A DNA stretch of 64,000 nt, from positions 96,001-160,000 of the forward strand of contig CBDCCS010000001.1 in the NCBI GenBank assembly GCA_965214935.1, written 5' to 3'. The position numbers and the translations under genes were made by a program. The notes beneath the pieces are model-generated. The model worked only from the letters and a program-made list of their open reading frames with translations, was not told the DNA's origin and searched no databases. Source of the stretch: Candidatus Velthaea sp. (lineage in GTDB: Bacteria > Vulcanimicrobiota > Vulcanimicrobiia > Vulcanimicrobiales > Vulcanimicrobiaceae). Of this stretch, positions 58,139 through 64,000 are shown one piece after another; position 1 is the first letter of the stretch, and every line of letters starts with the position of its first letter.

Positions 58139-59716
58139 TCAGCGCACGCGCGATTCGGCTAAATCGAGGTCGTATTCGATGCGCCGAAAAATCTCGTCGG
58201 GAATCGAGCCGGCCGCACGCAACTGCATGATTGCAGCGCGCTCCGCTCCCAGCGCCGCGTCTTGCAACTCGTGATCGAAGCGGCTTTCGGCGGACTCGCC
58301 GGCTCCGGGCAAGTGCCGCTGCAAATGATCGATCCGATGTTCGTACTCACTCTTGATGCGCCCGATGATCTCCCATTCCCCGGGCCGATTCTCATTCGAT
58401 TCGATGTCCGTTAAACGGCGCAGGCCGGCACGTAAGGCATGCACGCGTACGTCGATTTCGCGCTGTTCGGCCGCGGCATCGGGCGTAATGTGCAGCCAAC
58501 GTAATAGCGGAATGAGCAGCAAACCTTGTCCGACGAGCGTCACGGCAATGACGCAGAACACGACGAACACGATCGCGTCTCGGTCCGGAAATGCGTGCCC
58601 GGCGGCATCGCGCAGAGGCAAAGCAAGCGCACCGGCAAGCGAAACGATACCGCGCAATCCCGTCCAGGCGATGACCGATGTGTAACGCCATGACGGCGAC
58701 GGGTCGCGCACGCGTAGCGACGCGCTGAGCCGGCGCGGCAGATACGTCGCGCCGAACACCCAAACGATCCGCACGCCGACCGCAATCGCGCTGACCGTCA
58801 GCGCAAGGGCGATATGTCCGCTAAAGAAGTGCGGATCGCGCACGAACAACCGCAGTTGTAAGCCGATTGCTAAGAACACGAACGCGTTTAATAAGTAAAT
58901 GAGCACGTTCCAAACGGCGGCGCCGATCAGGCGCGTCTGCGGGCCGTAGATAACGGCAGCGCGGCGACTCACCGCAATCCCGGCGCCGACCGCCGCCAAG
59001 ACGCCCGAAACGCCGAACACTTCGGCACTCAAGTAAGCAGCGTACGGTGCCAGCAGAAAGAGCAGATTATCGATAAGTGAATCGGTCAACGCTAGGCGCG
59101 TAAGCGTGCGCGTCAAGGCGTCGAGCGCAAAGGCAACCGCCAAGCCGACGGCGATTCCGCCGCTTGCCACGAGCAGCATCGACACGGCGGCAACGCCGGG
59201 CGAGAACGCACCGCTGACGACGGCGACGACGGCGAAGCGGTAGATGACGAGCGCACTGCCGTCGTTGATGAGCCCTTCGCCTTCGAGAATCGCGATGATC
59301 CGGGGCGGGATACGGAAACGCTCGAAGATCGCGGCGGCTGCAACGGCATCGGGCGGTGAAACGATGGCTCCGAGCACGACTGCCGGAGCCCAGCCGAAGC
59401 CGAACATATGCGCCGTCGCCGCAACGGCGAACGTCGTTGCGAAAACCAAGCCGATCGCCAACAGCAAGATGGGACGAAGATTGCTGCGGAACAGACGCCA
59501 GTCGGTGCTCCAACCGCCGTTGAAAAGTAACGGCGGCAGGACAATCAAGAAAATATACTGCGGTTCGATCGCTATCGCCGGGATGAAGGGCAAAAACGCA
59601 ATCGCCGAGCCCGCGGCGACGAAAACGATCGGGTACGGCAGATCAAAGCGTTTCGCTGCGATCGCGCAGACGACGATCGCCGCCAGCGCTCCGGCAAGGA
59701 TGAACGGCGTGTCCAT
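58139..59716 (-). CDS. Na+/H+ antiporter (CPA1 family)
   Basis: LPPLLF, SPPDAVAA, LEGEGLINDG, GVSGVLA, GLRGIVSLA.ALALP, LDLAE. Confidence 0.92.
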   Translation of the reverse strand: MDTPFILAGALAAIVVCAIAAKRFDLPYPIVFVAAGSAIAFLPFIPAIAIEPQYIFLIVLPPLLFNGGWSTDWRLFRSNLRPILLLAIGLVFATTFAVAATAHMFGFGWAPAVVLGAIVSPPDAVAAAAIFERFRIPPRIIAILEGEGLINDGSALVIYRFAVVAVVSGAFSPGVAAVSMLLVASGGIAVGLAVAFALDALTRTLTRLALTDSLIDNLLFLLAPYAAYLSAEVFGVSGVLAAVGAGIAVSRRAAVIYGPQTRLIGAAVWNVLIYLLNAFVFLAIGLQLRLFVRDPHFFSGHIALALTVSAIAVGVRIVWVFGATYLPRRLSASLRVRDPSPSWRYTSVIAWTGLRGIVSLAGALALPLRDAAGHAFPDRDAIVFVVFCVIAVTLVGQGLLLIPLLRWLHITPDAAAEQREIDVRVHALRAGLRRLTDIESNENRPGEWEIIGRIKSEYEHRIDHLQRHLPGAGESAESRFDHELQDAALGAERAAIMQLRAAGSIPDEIFRRIEYDLDLAESRVR

Positions 59717-59935
59717 TCGCAGAGGCGTTCTTCCCGGGCGGAGCAGGCTCCGGTTCGACGCAACGGCCACGGCGTCACGACGGCTTTGCGCTACTCTCTC
59801 GAACTTCTAATCCACGACGGATTTGCAGCGACAGGACGCAAGGCCTCAGAATCGAAGGCCCGGCATGTTTGCGCGGCCGAAACTCTACGGGCCGCCGACT
59901 TCATCACGTTCTGTATCGACCCGATTGGGAGAACC

Positions 59936-60895
59936 ATGTCAGTAGTCAACCGCGCGGTATCCGGTCTTGCAACCGCCGCGATCTGCGTTTCGCTCGCCGC
60001 ATGCTCGACTGCCAGCGCGACCGGCGGCGACGTCGCTTCCGTCAACGGCCAGAAGATCTCGCGTACCGATTTCGACAAAAAGCTCGAAGCGGGTCCGGCC
60101 GGCAAGTCGGTGCTCACCCAACTCGTCCAGCAATCGCTGGTCGACCAATATGCATCCGACAATAAAATTACTGTCAGCGACGACGAGATTGCTAAAAAAG
60201 AAGACCAGATCAAACAAAAATATCCGCCCGGTCAATTCGAGCAGGTGCTCAAGCAACAGGGCCTGAGCGAAACCGACGTTCACAATATTCTACGCCAGAC
60301 CGTCGTCATCGAAAAGGCCGTCGATCCGCAGATGAAAGTCAGCGATTCGGACGTTAAGGCATACTTCGATAAGAATCATGCGCTACTGGATAAGCCCGAG
60401 CAGGTTCGCGCGCGCCACATCCTGGTAGCGGACGAAAAAACCGCGCAAGAAGTCGAGGCGAAACTTAAATCGGGCGGCGACTTTGCGGCGCTCGCCAAGC
60501 AATATTCGACCGACCCGTCGAGCAAAGACAAAGGCGGCGAGCTGGGCTTCTTCGGCAAAGGTCAAATGGTGCCGTCGTTTCAAGCTGCCGCGTTCGCCGC
60601 GGCGGTCGGGACCATCACCGCGCCGGTGAAGTCGCCCTTCGGCTACCACGTCATTCAAGTCGAAGAAAAGAAGCCGGCAACCAAAGCGACCATGGCCGGC
60701 GCCCACGATCAAATCGTCGCGCAGCTCAAACAGCAGCAGCAGTCGCAGCAGATTCCCGTATTCTTGCAGCAGCTCAAGTCCAAGGCGAAGATCGAAGTGT
60801 ACGACGACTCGCTCAAAGACGCGTTCCCGTCGCCGCTTCCGGCGGCCGCCGATGCATCAGCCGGTCCGGCAGCGTCGGCACCTGCACCGAAGTAA
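59936..60895 (+). CDS. prsA: PrsA-like lipoprotein foldase (parvulin PPIase)
   Basis: LAAC lipobox; ARHILV, F..LAK.YS.D, GGELG.F, MVP.F, KSPFGYHVI; GGGAG SD. Confidence 0.9.
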   Translation: MSVVNRAVSGLATAAICVSLAACSTASATGGDVASVNGQKISRTDFDKKLEAGPAGKSVLTQLVQQSLVDQYASDNKITVSDDEIAKKEDQIKQKYPPGQFEQVLKQQGLSETDVHNILRQTVVIEKAVDPQMKVSDSDVKAYFDKNHALLDKPEQVRARHILVADEKTAQEVEAKLKSGGDFAALAKQYSTDPSSKDKGGELGFFGKGQMVPSFQAAAFAAAVGTITAPVKSPFGYHVIQVEEKKPATKATMAGAHDQIVAQLKQQQQSQQIPVFLQQLKSKAKIEVYDDSLKDAFPSPLPAAADASAGPAASAPAPK

Positions 60896-60934
60896 GCCCA
60901 GCCGGCACGGCCGGATCGCGGGAGAGTTCCTAGC

Positions 60935-62125
60935 GTGACAATCGACGCAACGATGCGCGTTGTCGGGCTGGGACCCGGCGATCCGGACCTCTTGACCCTC
61001 GGCAGTCGCGAGTCGCTGCGCGCCGTCGGCAGGGCCGCGACGGTACTTGCCCCGCCGGCACTTGCACTCTTCCTTGAGAGCGACGGCATCCTCATCGAGC
61101 GCAACCTGATCTCGGATCAAGGGCTGTTCCTGCGCGGCTCGACGGAGGTGATCGATTCGTTCGTCGCCCGGCTCGACCGCCGCCCGCTCGCGCTCGCGGT
61201 GTTGGGCAACCCGCTCTCGGATTTTCCGGGGTTGCCGATCTTGCTGCGCGCGCTCGAGCGGCATGGAACGAGCGTTGAGATTGTCCCGGGGATGCCGCGT
61301 GCGACGTTATCGGCGTCGATTGCGATGCCGCTCGTGCCGCTGCCGTCCGGATCGATGCACCATACCTGGGATGATCTTGTCGAGATCATGGCGCGATTGC
61401 GGCGCTCGTGTCCGTGGGACCGCGAGCAGACGCACGAATCGCTCGTGCGTTATCTGGTCGAAGAGACCTTCGAGGTCGTTGAAGCAATCGAGTCGCGCGA
61501 CGAAGACAACATTTGCGAGGAACTCGGCGATCTCTTATTTCAAGTCGTTTTTCATGCGCAGCTCGGAACCGAACGCGGCAAATTTTCGGTAGCCGACGTG
61601 ATCGACGGCTTATCCAACAAGATGATTCGGCGTCACCCGCACGTGTTCGGCGACGTAGCCGTTGCGAATGTCGATCAGGTTTGGGCCAACTGGGAGCAGC
61701 TCAAGTCGCTGGAAAAGAGCGGCCAGAATCGCAGCTCCAAACTCGATGGTATTCCCGAAGGTCTCGGTGCGCTCGCACGCGGACAGAAAATGCAGGAAAA
61801 AGCTGCACGGGTCGGTTTCGATTGGACGGCCGCTTACGAAATTACCGCTAAGCTGGCCGAAGAAATGCGTGAACTTGCTGAAGCCCGAAGCGCCGGCGAC
61901 GCTGCGCACGTGCGCGAAGAACTCGGCGACGTGCTGTTCACGGTCGTCAATTTGGCCCGCCGATTGGGCGTCGACGGCGAAGGCGCGATGCGCGATGCAA
62001 ATCGCAAATTCGAGCGGCGGTTTCGACACATGGAGATGAACGCATTAGCGCTCGGACGGCCGCTCGCGGAGATGTCGATCGTGGAACTCGAATCGCTATG
62101 GCAGCAAGCGAAGACGGCGGCCTAA
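60935..62125 (+). CDS. mazG: MazG nucleoside triphosphate pyrophosphohydrolase with N-terminal methylase-like domain (YabN-type)
   Basis: [50 protein letters not shown]. Confidence 0.92.
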   Translation: MTIDATMRVVGLGPGDPDLLTLGSRESLRAVGRAATVLAPPALALFLESDGILIERNLISDQGLFLRGSTEVIDSFVARLDRRPLALAVLGNPLSDFPGLPILLRALERHGTSVEIVPGMPRATLSASIAMPLVPLPSGSMHHTWDDLVEIMARLRRSCPWDREQTHESLVRYLVEETFEVVEAIESRDEDNICEELGDLLFQVVFHAQLGTERGKFSVADVIDGLSNKMIRRHPHVFGDVAVANVDQVWANWEQLKSLEKSGQNRSSKLDGIPEGLGALARGQKMQEKAARVGFDWTAAYEITAKLAEEMRELAEARSAGDAAHVREELGDVLFTVVNLARRLGVDGEGAMRDANRKFERRFRHMEMNALALGRPLAEMSIVELESLWQQAKTAA

Positions 62126-62517
62126 GTCCGTCCGTCATGCTGCGCGTGCGCATGAGCGCGCACGATGCGCATTACGGCGGCGATTTGGTCGACGGCGCGC
62201 GCATTCTCGCGCTCTTCGGGGACGTCGCGACGGAACTGCTCGTCCGTTCCGACGGCGACGAAGGTTTGTTCGCCGCATACGATTCGATTGAGTTTCGCGC
62301 TCCGGTACATGCCGGCGATTTCATCGAAGCGTCGGGCCGAATCGTCGCATTCGGCGCAACCTCACGCCGCATGGAATTCGAGGCGCGTAAAGTCATCGCA
62401 CCGCGCAGCGATATCTCGCCGAGTGCCGCCGACGTTCTCGACGAACCGGTCATCGTCGTTCGCGCAAGCGGTACGTGCGTTGTTCCCCGGACTAACCAGC
62501 GCGTGCAGCGCTATTAG
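62098..62517 (+). CDS. kal: 3-aminobutyryl-CoA ammonia-lyase-like hotdog-fold protein
   Basis: [54 protein letters not shown]. Confidence 0.8.
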   Translation: MAASEDGGLSPSVMLRVRMSAHDAHYGGDLVDGARILALFGDVATELLVRSDGDEGLFAAYDSIEFRAPVHAGDFIEASGRIVAFGATSRRMEFEARKVIAPRSDISPSAADVLDEPVIVVRASGTCVVPRTNQRVQRY

Positions 62518-62642
62518 CACGGAGACCCGTTTGCGGTTGCACCTGCTCCGCCGTTCACGCTCTGCGCACTCCCGCACGCAGAGCGCGTGCGGCCACATTG
62601 AGGCAGCGCGCCCGACGCTCGTAGTTACGGGGATGGTGTTGC

Positions 62643-62924
62643 CTGCGGCTCGATAAATTTCTGAAAGTGTCGCGCTTGTCGAAGCGCCGCGCGGAAGCCA
62701 AGGAAGGGATCGAGGCCGGCCGCGTCAGCAAAGACGAGCGTCCGCTCAAACCCGGTTACGATGTGAAAGCCGGCGACGTGCTGGTCATCCATTATCGAAC
62801 GAAATTCCTGACCGTCCGTGTTTTGATGGTACCCGAGCGCGTTCTGCCGTCGCTCAAGCCGGCCGATATGTACGAAATCGTCGACGAGCGCAAAGACGAC
62901 CCGCGCGATTGGCTCGATGGCTAG
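62643..62924 (+). CDS. S4-domain RNA-binding protein (YabO/RqcP/Hsp15 family), probable CTG start
   Basis: In-frame extension gives (M)RLDKFLKVSRLSKRR..KPG..VK.GD..MYEI. Confidence 0.85.
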   Translation: MRLDKFLKVSRLSKRRAEAKEGIEAGRVSKDERPLKPGYDVKAGDVLVIHYRTKFLTVRVLMVPERVLPSLKPADMYEIVDERKDDPRDWLDG

Positions 62925-63831
62925 GCACGCCTCCGCGCTGTCGGGTGATGCGAAAGATGCAATTGCGCGCGACTCGCCGGCTCAGGCGCATTGCCGTATT
63001 GCGCTGCGCGCCGGGTTGGCGTATTTCGGCAGCGTTGCGACACCGGCCGGATGGGCGTTCCGCACGCGGCGCGCAGCGATCGCGCGCCTGTTTCGCACCC
63101 TGCTCGATGACCGCAACTCCGGACCGGTGCGCCGTTCGCCCGAGCCGCGGCTTTACCGTTCGACGACGTACGAGATCGACATCGACGATGCATTGGCGGC
63201 ACCGCCGCCGCGGCCGCGCGCGCGCTGCGACCGGCGAATGGAACTGCGCGCCGCATTCTTAGCCTGCGGATCGCTGGCCAATCCGCAGCACGGCTATCAC
63301 CTCGAATTCGTTTGTGCCGACCGCGATCGCGCCGAACGGATACGCGCCTTGCTTGCACGCGAATCGATCGCAGCGAAACGCACGCGCCGCAAGAGCCGTG
63401 AACTCATTTACCTCAAAGGGCTCGATGCGATCGTCGCCGTGTTGTCCGCGATCGGCGCGTATGCCGCAGTTCTCGCCCTTGAAGATATTCGCGCGATGAA
63501 AGAAACGAAAAATCGCATTCACCGCATCGTCAACACGGAAGCGGCAAACGTGGTGCGCGCGGCGAGCGCAGCCGCAACGCAACGCGATGCGATTGCTTTT
63601 CTCGCCGACGCATATGGACTGCGAAATCTTTCACCCGTCCTGCGCGAAAGCGCCGGTTTGCGGCTCGCGCATCCCGATGAATCGCTAGCGGAACTCGCCC
63701 GGCGCTGTAATCCACCGGTCAGCAAAGCAACGCTCAACGGCAGAGTGGCTGCGCTCATGCGGCTCGTGCGCCGCCTGCGCGGACAGGCGGCGGCCGATGT
63801 ATTAGAGGAGCCGGGAGCCGCGCATGGCTAA
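62917..63831 (+). CDS. whiA: DNA-binding protein WhiA
   Basis: LRAAFL.CGS..P..GYHLE, IYLK, R..N.E.AN, LRL.HPD.SL.EL, SKA..N.R; lies upstream of gap. Confidence 0.9.
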   Translation: MARHASALSGDAKDAIARDSPAQAHCRIALRAGLAYFGSVATPAGWAFRTRRAAIARLFRTLLDDRNSGPVRRSPEPRLYRSTTYEIDIDDALAAPPPRPRARCDRRMELRAAFLACGSLANPQHGYHLEFVCADRDRAERIRALLARESIAAKRTRRKSRELIYLKGLDAIVAVLSAIGAYAAVLALEDIRAMKETKNRIHRIVNTEAANVVRAASAAATQRDAIAFLADAYGLRNLSPVLRESAGLRLAHPDESLAELARRCNPPVSKATLNGRVAALMRLVRRLRGQAAADVLEEPGAAHG

Positions 63832-63844
63832 CGGTGCCGACGCT

Positions 63845-64000
63845 ATGCGCATAGGAATTAACGGCTTCGGCCGCATCGGCCGTAACTTCACGAAGGCGCT
63901 TCTCGAACGGTATCCGACGGTCGAAATCGTTGCGGTCAACGATCTCACAAGTCCCGCCGAGAGCGCGCATTTGTTCAAATATGACTCGAATTACGGTACC
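63845..64000 (+). CDS. gap: Glyceraldehyde-3-phosphate dehydrogenase type I (5' part, truncated by window edge)
   Basis: [31 protein letters not shown]. Confidence 0.93.
   Translation, partial: MRIGINGFGRIGRNFTKALLERYPTVEIVAVNDLTSPAESAHLFKYDSNYGT

Noticed and set aside
62558..62585. Hairpin CGCTCTGCG/CGCAGAGCG after kal
   Set aside because: No U-tract; not enough evidence to call a terminator or ncRNA.
1..64000. CRISPR arrays, tRNA/rRNA genes, IS elements, prophage or defence systems
   Set aside because: None recognised; the window is almost fully tiled by protein-coding genes with short spacers.

Overview
GC-rich bacterial chromosomal window with no CRISPR array, tRNA/rRNA or transposase that I could recognise. 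About 1-45 kb is a large surface-glycan locus. It encodes UDP-glucose dehydrogenase and UDP-glucuronate decarboxylase, two CDP-paratose-2-epimerase-like SDRs, three methyltransferases, three polyprenol-phosphate-type GT2s, three GT-C-like membrane proteins and four tandem-GT2 paralogues. It also carries wzm/wzt, a Wzx-like flippase, MurJ, an O-antigen ligase/polymerase, a priming sugar transferase, hldD and a candidate LptD-like protein, with deoB and pdp translationally coupled into the glycan operons. Embedded in it is a coupled 8-gene module (sulfotransferase-fold protein, SDR, split transketolase, DxD-less GT2, TIGR03032/DUF4915, DUF2142 GT-C, Ig-like protein); this is my best candidate for an undescribed sugar-modification pathway. 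A 'GW..RxDV..GF' Ig-like domain recurs six times in five locus proteins. Next come hsp20 under a CIRCE-like operator, mfd, and a ~10 kb accessory block: TonB receptor, DUF1003-NodS-GT2, acyl-CoA-dehydrogenase-like and PIG-L genes, DUF2231-Rieske, and a Na+/H+ antiporter. Three genes of that block share GGGTAY-N9-ATG upstream motifs. The window ends with prsA, mazG/yabN, kal, an S4 gene starting at CTG, whiA and the start of gap. Firmicutes-like gene order combined with outer-membrane genes suggests a diderm Terrabacterium such as Vulcanimicrobiota (Eremiobacterota); this is inference. All family calls come from motifs read by eye, not from database searches.
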